DNA from: Acidobacteriota bacterium
Lineage (GTDB): Bacteria; Acidobacteriota; UBA6911; RPQK01; JAJDTT01
Direction: 5' to 3'
DNA length: 64,000 nt
Assembly (NCBI GenBank): GCA_965217775.1
Contig: CBDCJH010000001.1
Coordinates: 29,816-93,815, forward strand
Below, piece by piece: positions 44,691 to 56,140 of this stretch; position 1 is the first letter of the stretch; each line of letters opens with the position of its first letter. The notes beneath the pieces were generated by a model. The model made no database searches and had not been told where the DNA came from. It saw only the letters and a list, made by a program, of their open reading frames with translations. The position numbers and the translations under genes are program-made.

Positions 44691-44879
44691 ACGCTCTCAG
44701 TGCTGTCGATGGAATCGCGGACTGCCTTCCACTTCTACCCTTCTTAGAATTCCTCTATCCCCCCTCCGAGAGGAATTCCCTCGCTTCTATCTTTCACTCC
44801 TGATATTGGTTACCCCGAGTCAGCAAATGCCGACTCCAGAGTCGCAATGACGCCTTTTCTCTCACTCCTCACTCCTCCG

Positions 44880-47800
44880 TCAGTCCCTGGAAGCCGGGAC
44901 GACGGTCAGGGTGATCCTCTTGCCCTCTCGCACCACGACGATCTCGGTCGGTGAGCCGATCTCCAGAAAATCGATGGCGTAGGTGTAGTCGTAGATGTCC
45001 CCGATCTCACGGTCGGCCAGACGCACCACCAAATCCCCGGCTCTGACTCCCGCCTTTTCGGCCGGTCCCCCGGCCGCGACGCCGGAGAGGCTGAGACCCT
45101 TTTGCGCACCCTGAGCGTAATCGGGAATCGTACCCAGGTAGGCTCTCAGCCCGCTTCTGGCCCCTCGCCTTCTGGGGTCGCTCATCTCCTGGTAATCGGG
45201 ACGGTCGGGGTTTTCCAAGAGATGGACGGCAATCCGGCTCAGGAACGACGCAATCTTCCGCGTCCCCTGATAGTTGATTTTTTCGGGGCGGTCTCCGGGC
45301 GTGTGATAGTCCTCGTGGGAACCGGTGAAGAGGCTCAGGATCGGGACCTGTTTGACATAGAAGGAGGTGGCATCCGTGGGCAGGTGGCTCTCGGGCTGCA
45401 TCACGACGGGTAGATCCAGATCCAGGTTGGACCGCTCGATAGCGGAAGGCCAGACAGAACTAGAACCCACACCCTGCACCACCAGGGATGTCTTCAAGCG
45501 ACCCACCATGTCCAGATTCAGATAGGCCAACAGGTCGCTTCCGGACCCATGCCCTGGGCCCGATCCATAGGTTTTCATGAAATGGTTCGAGCCCAGCAGA
45601 CCGAGCTCCTCGCCTGACCAGAGCGCGAACAAGACGTCTCGTCCCGGCGGAAGGTCTCCCTTGTCACGGAGGTCCACGAGATGTTCCGCAATCTCCAGAA
45701 CCGCGGCGACCCCGGACGCATTGTCGTCGGCCCCGTAGTGGATCCCTCCCTCCTCGTCCGACCGGGCCAGAGATGCGGCCGTGGCTCCCGAGCCCAAATG
45801 GTCCAAATGGGCTCCCACCACCAGCACTCCCTCCCCGGCCCTGCTCTGCCCCACTTGCAGCGTCCCCAGAACGTTCCGGCCGGTCCTCTGCTCCGTGTTC
45901 AGATCGACGTTCGAAGCCACCTCGACTCCGGGCAGCACGAAACCCATCTGGAGCTCGCCGGAATCCAGTTCTTCCTGGAGCTCTTCCAAGGTCCGGTCGT
46001 TGGACTCCAGCAGAATTCCGGCTGTCCGGTCGGTAATGGAGATGACGGGGAGGCGTCCGTCCGTGACCGAACCGTCGAGCCTCAGCGGGATCAGCTCCCG
46101 GCGGACCTTGGAGTTGGGACCGCTGGCGATGAGGAGTCCCTGGGCGCCACGGTCCAGGGCCTGCATGGCCTTGTAACGAAGGCTCCCATAGCGAGCCAGA
46201 TGGCGCCGCCGTTGGGGAGACACCTCTTCGGGATAGTAACGCAGCACCAGGACCCACTTGCCGGCCACGTCCAGGTGAGCATAGGAATCGTAGCCCGGAT
46301 TCTCCTCCAACTCGGGCGCCACAATCCCATACCCGGCAAAGACCACCTGAGAGGTCCCGAAGGTTCCGGTGGCCGAGAAGGACAGCGGTCTCCAGTCGTG
46401 GTCCAGGCGCAGCGACTTCTTCTCTTCCCCACTCACGATGTCCAATCGGTTCTCGGAGCCCAGTGAGACTCCCGCCGTGAAGGGAAAGGACTGGAAGAAG
46501 GAGCCTTCGTCTCCAGCCGGCTTCAACCCCAACCGAGCCAGGACCGAAGCGGCGTACTCGGTGGCCAGGAGCTCTCCCCGAGTCCCGGTCATTCGTCCCT
46601 CCATCTCCTCGGAAGCCAGGCGGATCACGTGGCGGCGAAGGTCCTGAGCCCGGATCAGGGCCTCACTTGCAGTCTCCGCGGCCGAACCGGAGACGGCCTC
46701 TCCCTCCGGCTCGGAAAGTCCCAGCAGACGTCTCGCTTCCCGGTCGTCCCAGTCGGCCAGATAGATCTGGGAAGTCTTTCCGGGAGTCCGGTTGGAGGTC
46801 CAGGCCAGCGTATCTCCATCGGGAGAGAAGACGGGCAGACCGTCGAATCCGGGAGTCCCGGTGACGCGCACCGGTTCGGAGCGACCCCCGGCGGCCACCA
46901 GGTAGAGCTCGAAATTGTCCAGGCCATGCAGGTTGGTGGTAAAAATCAGGTAATCGCCGGAAGGATGGAAAAACGGCGCCCAGGACATCTTCCCCAGTCG
47001 CGTCACGGGCCGCTGGCGGCCCCCGTCCACGTCCATCAGGTAGATCTCGGCCACCAGTCCGTCCTCGGTGAATCTTCGCCAGCAGATCTCCCGGCCGGAG
47101 GGACTGAAGAAGGGACCGCCGTCATACCCCGGCGAGGCGGTCAGGCGGCGGACGCCGGTACCGTCCGAGTTCATGGAGTAGAGGTCCACAAAGGACGAAG
47201 GGTCCCGGTCCCGGGACTCCACCTGCTCCGGAGACAGACGGGCTTCGTAGGCCAACCGATTCGAGGCGAACACGATCCGTCCGCCATCCGGAGACCAGGA
47301 AGCTTCAGCGTCATATCCCATCTTGTTGGTGAGGTTCTGCAACGTCGACGTTCCAAGAGTGAGTCCGTAGATTTCATACTCGGCGTCGAAATCCCACGTG
47401 TACCGGCGGGTCCTGCCCGAGGCCCTGCGCTCCAGTTCCTCGCGTTGCTTCCGCCCGGATTCGGGATCATGGTGGGTCGAGGCGAAGAGAACCTGACCCC
47501 CCGAAGGATGAATCCAGCCGCAGGTGGTCTTGCCCTGGCCGGGAGAGAGCCGGCTCACCTCTCTCCGGACCATGTCCATCAGGTAGATCTGGAAGAACGG
47601 GTTTCCCTCCTCGCGCTCGCTCTGGAAGATGAACCGGGAGCCGTCCCGGCTGAAATAACCTTCTCCGGAACGCCGGCCTTCGAAAGTGAGCTGTCGAGTT
47701 CCGGAAAGGAGCGGCTCTCGTTCGCTTGAAACATGATTCGGCTCCGGCGCCGGAGCTCGGCTGAATCCCTGGCTGCCCGAGACGGACGCCAGGATGGCCG

Positions 47801-47930
47801 CCCCGACCCAGACCGCCAGCAGGGTGGAAGATGACCCAGGACGCATCGCGGGAGATCGGTCTCTCATCGGGCTACAATAGCAGCCCCTGCCAAGCATCGT
47901 CATGGTCTCCACCAACAACACTGTCCCCAT
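44880..47930 (-). CDS. multidomain protease: TolB-like beta-propeller + PA/M28 metallopeptidase + C-terminal PDZ
   Basis: 1016-aa track ORF; the likely start is MRPGSSSTLLAVWV at 47846. Motifs are the repeats SPDGxxIxF, GAHLDHLG...GADDNASGVAAVLEIAE, LWSGEELGLLGS, and PDZ GLSLSGVAAGGPAEKAGVRAGDLVV. Confidence 0.85.
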   Translation of the reverse strand: MGTVLLVETMTMLGRGCYCSPMRDRSPAMRPGSSSTLLAVWVGAAILASVSGSQGFSRAPAPEPNHVSSEREPLLSGTRQLTFEGRRSGEGYFSRDGSRFIFQSEREEGNPFFQIYLMDMVRREVSRLSPGQGKTTCGWIHPSGGQVLFASTHHDPESGRKQREELERRASGRTRRYTWDFDAEYEIYGLTLGTSTLQNLTNKMGYDAEASWSPDGGRIVFASNRLAYEARLSPEQVESRDRDPSSFVDLYSMNSDGTGVRRLTASPGYDGGPFFSPSGREICWRRFTEDGLVAEIYLMDVDGGRQRPVTRLGKMSWAPFFHPSGDYLIFTTNLHGLDNFELYLVAAGGRSEPVRVTGTPGFDGLPVFSPDGDTLAWTSNRTPGKTSQIYLADWDDREARRLLGLSEPEGEAVSGSAAETASEALIRAQDLRRHVIRLASEEMEGRMTGTRGELLATEYAASVLARLGLKPAGDEGSFFQSFPFTAGVSLGSENRLDIVSGEEKKSLRLDHDWRPLSFSATGTFGTSQVVFAGYGIVAPELEENPGYDSYAHLDVAGKWVLVLRYYPEEVSPQRRRHLARYGSLRYKAMQALDRGAQGLLIASGPNSKVRRELIPLRLDGSVTDGRLPVISITDRTAGILLESNDRTLEELQEELDSGELQMGFVLPGVEVASNVDLNTEQRTGRNVLGTLQVGQSRAGEGVLVVGAHLDHLGSGATAASLARSDEEGGIHYGADDNASGVAAVLEIAEHLVDLRDKGDLPPGRDVLFALWSGEELGLLGSNHFMKTYGSGPGHGSGSDLLAYLNLDMVGRLKTSLVVQGVGSSSVWPSAIERSNLDLDLPVVMQPESHLPTDATSFYVKQVPILSLFTGSHEDYHTPGDRPEKINYQGTRKIASFLSRIAVHLLENPDRPDYQEMSDPRRRGARSGLRAYLGTIPDYAQGAQKGLSLSGVAAGGPAEKAGVRAGDLVVRLADREIGDIYDYTYAIDFLEIGSPTEIVVVREGKRITLTVVPASRD

Positions 47931-47983
47931 TTTTCTGGGGGTTCAGTAGAACAGGGGAAGCAGGTTTGAACGAGGATCGCGAC

Positions 47984-48063
47984 GTAGGGTCACCCCTTGT
48001 GGGTGCCCGCTTTCGCCCTTCACTGATCGGCCCGGGGAAGTCGACCACAAGGGTCGCCCCTAC
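47984..48063 (+). repeat. REP-like double-hairpin intergenic element (full copy)
   Basis: GTAGGGTCACCCCTTGTGGGTGCCCGCTTTCGCCC...GGCCCGGGGAAGTCGACCACAAGGGTCGCCCCTAC. Same family as 44248-44328. Confidence 0.8.
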
Positions 48064-48118
48064 GTTTTCCTCTTTGGTCCGTTTGACACCCGGAAATAGG
48101 GGTGACTATTCTCCCGTG

Positions 48119-49003
48119 ATGGCCACGGACGCGACATCGACGCTGCAGAGGGTCCCCCTTCGGGAGGGTGAGCCGGTTCTGCTCATCGGACCCAAGAACA
48201 AGCGCCACATGCTTCAACTGCGCCCAGGTGGCCTCTTCCACCACTCCCATACCGGCCACGTCTCCCACGACGAGATCGTGGGCAAGCCCCCAGGCTGCCG
48301 GTTTCTGAGCCGCCAGGGAATACCTGTCGTCTGCCTGCGGCCTACGCTGGAACGGTACGTTCTCAAGAGGCTGCGCCGTCGAACCCAGATCATCTACCCG
48401 CGGGACTCGACGCAGATCCTGCTCCGGGGCGACATCTATCCTGGGGCCCGGGTTCTGGAAGCGGGCCTGGGGTCCGGATCGGTCGCCCTGATCCTGCTCC
48501 GTTTCCTGGGACCGCAGGGTCATCTCATCTCCTACGAGCGCCGGGAAGAGTTCGCTTCGCTGGCCCGGGACACGCTCTCCGAATTCGCGGGCCTCTACGG
48601 GGCTTCGGGAGCGCGGCACACGATCGTTCTGGAGGATGTCTACGACGGGATCCGGGAGGAGGACCTGGACACGATCCTGCTCGACGTCCCCGAACCGGAG
48701 AGCGCCGTCGACTCGGCGGCAGCGGCGTTGAGACCGGGCGGCAGCCTTCTCTGTTGGCTTCCCACGGCGCTTCAAGTGTACCGCCTGGTGAGAAAATTGC
48801 AGCGCGACCCGGACTGGGCGCACATCGAAACCACCGAGTCGCTGGTCCGTCCCTGGCACGTCAGCGAGGCTTCCATCCGGCCGGTCCATCGGATGGTGGC
48901 GCACACCGGCTTTCTGGTTTCCGCCCGGCGTATCTATGTGGAACCTGCGGATCAGAACTCCACGGTGGGAGCCGCCTCAGCCCCCTCGGAGGCTTCGAAG
49001 TAA
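48119..49003 (+). CDS. trmI: tRNA (adenine-N1)-methyltransferase (TrmI/Gcd14 family)
   Basis: ATG at 48119 within track ORF 47831. Motifs RRTQIIYPRDSTQIL and SAM motif VLEAGLGSGSVAL. Confidence 0.85.
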   Translation: MATDATSTLQRVPLREGEPVLLIGPKNKRHMLQLRPGGLFHHSHTGHVSHDEIVGKPPGCRFLSRQGIPVVCLRPTLERYVLKRLRRRTQIIYPRDSTQILLRGDIYPGARVLEAGLGSGSVALILLRFLGPQGHLISYERREEFASLARDTLSEFAGLYGASGARHTIVLEDVYDGIREEDLDTILLDVPEPESAVDSAAAALRPGGSLLCWLPTALQVYRLVRKLQRDPDWAHIETTESLVRPWHVSEASIRPVHRMVAHTGFLVSARRIYVEPADQNSTVGAASAPSEASK

Positions 49004-49518
49004 GCCGTGCTCCGCTCGAAGCCGTAAAAGCCGGCCACCAGGTTGGTGGGAAACCGGCGGACCGTCGTGTTGTAGTTCCGTACCGCCTGGTTGTAGCGGC
49101 GCCGCTCCACGGCGATCCGGTTTTCGGTACCGGCCAACTCATCCTGCAGGGCCAGGAAGTTCTGATTGGACTTGAGTTCGGGATAGCGCTCGGCGACCAG
49201 GAGAAGGCGAGACAGCATCCCTTCCATCTGGCCGGCGATCTGAGCCTTGCCGGCGGTGGTCCGGGCGGCTCCCCATTGGCTGCGCAAGCGGGTGACCTCC
49301 GTAAAGACTTCCCGCTCCTGGGCTGCAAACCCCTTCACGGTGTTCACCAGGTTGGGGATCAGATCGTAGCGCCGTTGCAACACCGTCTCCACTTGGGCCC
49401 AAGCACTCTCCACCCCCTCATTCAACGTGACCAGCCGGTTGAAAGAGCCGGTCAGACTCATGCCGATGATGAGGAAAAGAAGCAGGAAAGCTCCCAAGAC
49501 GATCCATGTCTTCTTCAA
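48952..49518 (-). CDS. lemA: LemA family protein
   Basis: 188 aa with an N-terminal TM. The sequence AWAQVETVLQRRYDLIPNLVNTVKGFAAQEREVF is typical of LemA. Confidence 0.9.
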   Translation of the reverse strand: MKKTWIVLGAFLLLFLIIGMSLTGSFNRLVTLNEGVESAWAQVETVLQRRYDLIPNLVNTVKGFAAQEREVFTEVTRLRSQWGAARTTAGKAQIAGQMEGMLSRLLLVAERYPELKSNQNFLALQDELAGTENRIAVERRRYNQAVRNYNTTVRRFPTNLVAGFYGFERSTAYFEASEGAEAAPTVEF

Positions 49519-50255
49519 GACGACAACTCCTGTTCATCAGCCCGTCCCCGCCCCTGGACGTAGCTGTCGATGGTGTCCACCACCGTTTCAACGGTCTTCA
49601 GAAAATCTCCGAAGAGGGCGTCCGCGTTGACTTGTCTGACCTTCATGTGTCCTTCCTTGAGGGCTTCGACGGTTTCGAACGGTGTGGGGTCCAATGGGAT
49701 CCGCCGGGCTAGAGCGGCCAGCGCATCCAGCTTCTTGGCCGGCGCCTCGATCTGGTAGAGGCGAAGGGCCGCACGAAAGAGGACCAGGAAAGAAGCAACG
49801 GAACGGACCAGGACTTCCACCACGTCCCGGGGCTTGCCTCCCGTAATCAGATAGGCTTCCCGCAGTTGAATCAGCTTTCCCTTGAGCTCCGACTCCACCT
49901 GGTGTCTCAGATTCCCTTCACTGACCGGAATCCGGCTGAGGACATCCGCGCCGTAAAGGACCCGGTTCGCCGCCTTCATGTCCAGGATCTCGATGGGGAA
50001 GACGTCCGCCGACTGTTTCAATCGCTCCAAAGTGAAGAGCAGCGGAGGCGGATTCCCTGCCTTGACCCAACGCCGAGCCACGCTGGACAGAGCCCGCAAC
50101 TCCGGCACTCCCAGACTCTCCGCGATGACGAGCACATTGTAGTCCGAGCGCTTCTTTACGAAGTCACCGGCGACGGCCGACCCGTACAGAATGACCGACC
50201 TGAGACTCAAGGGTTGGACTTTGCGCAGCTTCTCGACCAATTGTTCCGGTTTCAT
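49515..50255 (-). CDS. nucleotidyltransferase-domain protein
   Basis: Start MKPEQLVEKL at 50255. The longer track ORF would overlap the TPM gene. NTase motif ILYGSAVAGDF, followed by a helical C-terminal domain. Confidence 0.65.
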   Translation of the reverse strand: MKPEQLVEKLRKVQPLSLRSVILYGSAVAGDFVKKRSDYNVLVIAESLGVPELRALSSVARRWVKAGNPPPLLFTLERLKQSADVFPIEILDMKAANRVLYGADVLSRIPVSEGNLRHQVESELKGKLIQLREAYLITGGKPRDVVEVLVRSVASFLVLFRAALRLYQIEAPAKKLDALAALARRIPLDPTPFETVEALKEGHMKVRQVNADALFGDFLKTVETVVDTIDSYVQGRGRADEQELSS

Positions 50256-50283
50256 GTTTTCAAATCCGATCCGAGACCGACGC

Positions 50284-51045
50284 TTACCAACTCCTGCCGG
50301 CGCCTCCGCCCCCGGAGAGCCCGCCACCGAAGCCGCCGAAGCCCCCTCCCGAGAATCCGCCGCCATAGCCGCCCCGCGGGAACCCGGCACCCATTCCGAG
50401 AGGCAGAAACAACCCCAACAGGGGACGCCGCAGGAACAGGAACAGGAGAAATAGCAGATAGAGCAGGTTGCCGGCGCCCGGACGGCGGCTTCTTCGAGGC
50501 TCCGACGGGACGGCAGCCCCGCTGAGAGTGACTTCCGCATCCCGGGCAATCACCCCGGCAATCGTGAGCGCGCCCCTGGCCAAGCCACCCCCATGGCGCC
50601 CGTGGCGGAAATCCGGCATCACCGCCTGGTCCAGAATGCGTCCCACCAACGCGTCCGGAAGGAGTCCTTCCAAACCGTAACCGACTTCAATCCAGATCTT
50701 GCGATCCTCCAGCGAGGTGAGGATCAGAACACCGTTGTCCTTGCCTTTCCGTCCCACTCCCCAGCGCTCGAAGAGCCGATTGGCGAAGTCCCGGATCTCT
50801 CCTCCCTTCAGCGACCGGAGAGTGACCACCGCAATCTGAGCCGACGTCTTCTGCTCCAGTTCCCTGAGCCGAACCTCCAGTGACCGCCTCAGATTGGCGT
50901 CCATCACGCCCGCGTAGTCGCTGACGTAACCCTGGGGCTTCAGACTCTCCAGCAGGGTGTCCGGCTCGACCTGGGCCTGGGATTGACTGCCCAGCAGGAG
51001 GAGCAGGGGCACCAGCAACCAACGGCTCGTTCTCACGGGCTCCAT
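50284..51045 (-). CDS. TPM-domain (YgcG-like) protein
   Basis: 253 aa with a signal peptide. Motifs YVSDYAGVM...QIAVVTL...NGVLILTSLEDRKIWIEVGYGLEG, a TM segment and a Gly-rich tail. LemA/TPM neighbourhood. Confidence 0.85.
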   Translation of the reverse strand: MEPVRTSRWLLVPLLLLLGSQSQAQVEPDTLLESLKPQGYVSDYAGVMDANLRRSLEVRLRELEQKTSAQIAVVTLRSLKGGEIRDFANRLFERWGVGRKGKDNGVLILTSLEDRKIWIEVGYGLEGLLPDALVGRILDQAVMPDFRHGRHGGGLARGALTIAGVIARDAEVTLSGAAVPSEPRRSRRPGAGNLLYLLFLLFLFLRRPLLGLFLPLGMGAGFPRGGYGGGFSGGGFGGFGGGLSGGGGAGRSW

Positions 51046-51086
51046 TGTACTCGACTCGCCGGTAACCCGATCGGAGGATCGCGAAG

Positions 51087-51122
51087 CGGCCCGGGGAGGG
51101 CGACTACAAGGGTCGCCCCTAC
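51087..51122 (+). repeat. REP-like element, 3' half
   Basis: CGGCCCGGGGAGGGCGACTACAAGGGTCGCCCCTAC matches the 3' hairpin of the 44248 element. Confidence 0.65.
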
Positions 51123-51128
51123 TGCCGA

Positions 51129-53446
51129 TCAGAGCCGGATCCGCCGCAATCTCAAGGCGTTGGCGATCACCGAGAGAGAGCTGAGAGCCATGGCCGCGGC
51201 GGCCAGCATGGGGTTCAGCGTGACTCCCCAGAGAGGATACAGGACCCCGGCCGCTACCGGAACACCCAACATGTTGTAAAGAAAAGCTAAAAACAGATTT
51301 TGGCGAATGTTTCGCAGCGTCGCCCGGCTCAATCGGAGAGCTCGAAGAATGCCTTTCAGATCCCCCCGAACCAGGGTCACCCCGGCACTCTTGAGGGCGA
51401 TGTCGGATCCCGTGCCCATGGCGATGCCCACCTGGGCCAAGGCCAGGGCCGGGGCGTCGTTGACGCCATCCCCCGCCATGGCCACGATCCGGCCCTCCTC
51501 CTGGTACCTATGAATCAGACTCGCCTTCTCGTCGGGCAACATCTCCGACCGGACCCGTTCGATCCCCAGCTCACTCGCCACCGCGTCGGCCGTGGTCCGG
51601 CCGTCGCCGGTGAGCATGACGATCCTGAGGTCTTGGATCCTCAACTGCGCCAGAGTCTCCCGGGCGGACGCCTTGACCGGGTCACCCAGACCCAAAACGC
51701 CGGAGCTACGCCCGTCGACGGCCACGAAGAAGGCCGTCAGCCCGCGGTGGCGCAACTCTTCCGCCTGCTGATCCAGATCCCCCACCCGGACGGACAGACC
51801 CGCCAGGAAACGCCGGTTGCCCACCGCCACATCCCGGCCCTCCACCTTTCCCCGGACCCCCTGTCCGGCCACGGAATCGAAGCGTTTCACGGAAGGTAAC
51901 TCCAGACCCTCCCGACGCGCTCCATCAACCACGGCCCCGGCCAGGGGATGCTCACTCCCCTGTTCGACGCCGGCGGCGAGTCTCAGGATCTCCTCACGCT
52001 TCCATCCGGCGGCCGGAAGCACGGCCTGAAGCCGGGGTCTCCCTTCGGTGAGAGTGCCCGTCTTGTCGACCATCAGGGTATCCACGCGCTCCAGGACTTC
52101 CAGCGATTCGGCGTCGCGAATCAGGACCCCCGATCGGGCCCCCTCCCCCACCCCCACCATGATGGACATGGGAGTGGCCAGACCGAGGGCGCAGGGACAC
52201 GCGATCAGCAATACCGCTGCCGCCGTGACGAGCGCGTTGGCCCACCTGGGTTCCGGTCCCAGCAGTCCCCACGTCACTGCCGCCGCCACCGCCACCAGAA
52301 TGACCCCGGGTACGAACCACGCCGCCACCCGGTCCACCAAGCGGTGGACGGGCGCCCGGGAGCGTTGGGCTTCGGTGACCATCCGGACGATACGGGCCAA
52401 AAGGGTCTCGGTCCCGACCCGGCGAGCCTCCATGACGAGCGTACCGGAACCGTTCGCCGTCCCGCCCGTCACCGAGTCTCCCGGTTGTTTCATGACCGGG
52501 ATGGACTCGCCGCTGATCATGGACTCGTCGACGCTGCTCTCTCCCTCCAGCACCCGGCCGTCCACCGGGACCTTGTCCCCCGGGCGCACTCGCAGCCGAT
52601 CGCCCGGCTGCACGTCCCCCAAAGGCACCACTTCTTCGCCTCCGGCGACGATCTTCCGGGCGGTGGGCGGAGACAGTTCCAGCAGGGACCGGATGGCGCT
52701 GCCGGTACGCGCCCTGGCTCTGAGCTCCAGGACCTGCCCCAGAAGGACCAGGGTCGTGATGACGGCGGCCGCCTCGAAATAGACGCCCACCTGACCGAGG
52801 CTGTCCCGATAGACATCCGGAAAAGATTTTGGAAACCCGACGGCCGCCAAGCTGTAGACGTAGGCTGCGCCCGTGCCCAGGGCAATCAGCGTGAACATGT
52901 TCAGGCTGCGATTCAGAATGGAGGCCCAGGCTCTCTGCCAGAAGGGGAGCCCTCCCCAGATCACCACGGGCGTGGCCAGCAGCAGCTCGATCCACTGGCG
53001 GAGCGTCGGAGTCAAGGTCCCGGAGATCGGACGTCCCGGCGCCATATCCAACATGGACAGCAGAAAAAGGGGAACGGTGAAACCGAGACTCCAGCGGAAA
53101 CGCCGGGTCATTTCCCGCAATTCTCCGTCGTCGTCTCCTGCCGCCGGGTCGTACGGCTGCAAAGCCATGCCACATGAGGGACACGACCCTGGTGTCGGCG
53201 ACTCGACGCCGGGACACATGGGGCAGACGTAAGCGAAGGCGTCCCCATGGTCCCGGACCTGGTCCTCGGAAGGGTCCCCTCCCTGGTGCGCAAGGGCGAG
53301 TTCCGGATCGGACCGGAACAAATCGGCGCAGTGTGAGCAGCAAAAGTAGTACCTGGTTCCCCGGTGGGCGACGGTGACGGTGTCGGGTCCGGGAGTCACC
53401 GTCATCCCGCAAACCGGATCGATTTCACGCTGCTCGGACGAGGGGC

Positions 53447-53450
<4 letters not shown>
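51129..53450 (-). CDS. copA: heavy-metal (Cu-type) translocating P1B-type ATPase with an N-terminal TRASH/YHS-like domain
   Basis: 773 aa. Motifs DPVCGMTV...[17 protein letters not shown] motif [19 protein letters not shown] and GDGVNDAP. Confidence 0.9.
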
Positions 53451-54531
<1,081 letters not shown>

Positions 54532-54535
<4 letters not shown>

Positions 54536-55920
54536 GACGGAGGTTGTCCCTCACCCTTGATTCGCCTGAGTCCGAACTTCCGCATCCGGTAGATCAGAGT
54601 GTTTCTGGTGATCCCCAGGTACCGCGCCGTACGAACCTGATTCCAGCGGTTCCGCTCCAGCGCCGCCAGCAGGATGTCACGCTCCAGCTCTTGCAGAGAA
54701 AAGCCTTTCTCCGGGAGCCGGAACATCCGGCCGTACGAATCCGCGGGAGGGCGGCGGATCTCGATGGGCAGGTCCTCGCGCTCGACGCTTCCGGTCCGGT
54801 TGAAGAGCACCAGCCTCTCGACGACGTTTTCCAGCTCCCGGACATTGCCGGGCCAACGGTACGACTGCAGCAGCGAAACCCCCTCTTCCCCGAACCGCAC
54901 CTCCTTTCCCAGTTTCCGGGACGACTCACTCTGGAAATGGTGGATCAGAAGCGGGACGTCTTCCCGGCGCTCCCGCAAGGGGGGGATCCTCAAGGGCGCG
55001 ACCGAGAGCCGATAGAACAGATCTTGCCGGAATCGGCCCTCGGCCATGTTCCGGACCAGGTCCTGATTCGTGGCCGCCAGGATCCGGACGTCCACGGGAG
55101 AGGGTACGGGGTCTCCGATCACATCCATCTCCTTGTGCTGCAATACCCGGAGCAGCTTCACCTGCATATCCAGCGGAAGCTCCGCCACCTCATCCAGGAA
55201 CAGAGTCCCGGTGTCCGCCACGGCGAACTTTCCATGCCTGTCGGCGACGGCTCCGGTGAATGCGCCCTTCCGGTGACCGAAGAGTTCGGACTCCATCAGG
55301 TCCCGCGGAATGGCGCCGCAGTTGACCACCACGAAGGGACGATCCCGGCGCGGACCGTTGAAATGGATGGCCCGCGCCAGGAGTTCCTTCCCGGTCCCCG
55401 TCTCTCCCTGAATCAGAACCGTCGTCCCCACCGCCGCCAGTTGGCGCGCCATGTCCAGGACCTCCCGGAACTCCTTGGACGATCCCACGATCCCCTCGAA
55501 CTCGAACCTGCGCTGCACCTCCCGGGAGAGTCTCCGGTTCTCCCGAATCAACTGCGTCATCTGCAGGGCTTTCCGGATGGAGTGGTGGATCTCCTCCCGC
55601 TCGAAGGGCTTGGTCAGAAAATCGGAGGCCCCGCCCTTGACGGCGTCGACGGCCCCCTCGATGGAGCCGTGGGCGGTCAGGACGATCACGGGCAGGTCCG
55701 GGTCCAGCCGGCGGATCCGTTCCAGCAACTGGAGGCCGTCCATCCCCGGCATGCGAAGGTCGGTGACCACCAGGTCCACGTCGGACTCGCGAACCCGGTC
55801 CAAGGCGCGGTCACCGGAAGAGACGCAGCAAGTGTCGTACCCGAACTGCTCGACCTGATAACCCAGGACCCGCAGGAAATTCCGGTCGTCGTCGACCAAC
55901 AGGATCCGTTCGGATTTCAT
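54532..55920 (-). CDS. sigma54-dependent response regulator (NtrC family)
   Basis: 462 aa with a receiver domain (LLVDDD...DLVVTDLRMPGMDG). AAA+ domain with Walker A GETGTGKE and the GAFTGA loop (KGAFTGAV). C-terminal HTH. Confidence 0.92.
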
Positions 55921-55944
55921 CTTCTATCCATTGTAACCAACATG

Positions 55945-55999
55945 TGTATCATATGAGACATCTGTTTTATTTCCCACATTCTATGATTCATATGAACCA
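55945..55999 (+). promoter_or_regulatory. two near-palindromic 16-mers (candidate enhancer/UAS sites for the NtrC-type regulator)
   Basis: TGTATCATATGAGACA (55945-55960) and TGATTCATATGAACCA (55984-55999). They share the form TG-N2-TCATATGA-N2-CA and start 39 bp apart. They lie about 110-150 bp upstream of the sigma54-like promoter. Confidence 0.45.
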
Positions 56000-56100
56000 T
56001 AGAACAGGCTCGTCGATCCCCGGACCGTCTCCGGCCGGTAAGCATCAAATATCCAATTTGGAAGGACTTAGCACCCGCATCCGGGGGCAGGAGCTCCAGT

Positions 56101-56116
56101 TGGATCGGAAATTGCG
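56101..56116 (+). promoter_or_regulatory. sigma54-type -24/-12 promoter for the efflux operon
   Basis: TGGATCGGAAATTGCG has GG and TTGC at the canonical TGGCAC-N5-TTGC spacing. It lies about 25-30 nt upstream of the GTG/ATG at 56141/56147. A sigma54-dependent regulator is encoded divergently. Confidence 0.55.
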
Positions 56117-56140
56117 TGCGAAAACAGGCGAGCCGGACAA

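Noticed and set aside
44169-44700. An integrated mobile element at tRNA-Asp, suggested by the lower-GC small ORF next to the tRNA.
   Set aside because: No integrase or direct repeat of the tRNA 3' end was found. The small ORF lies on the 5' side of the tRNA, and the only repeat there belongs to the REP-like family.
50256-50549. N-terminal extension of the nucleotidyltransferase ORF (Cys-rich MPGMRKSLSAG...).
   Set aside because: It overlaps the Gly-rich 3' end of the TPM gene in another frame. The conserved domain begins at MKPEQLVEKL (50255).
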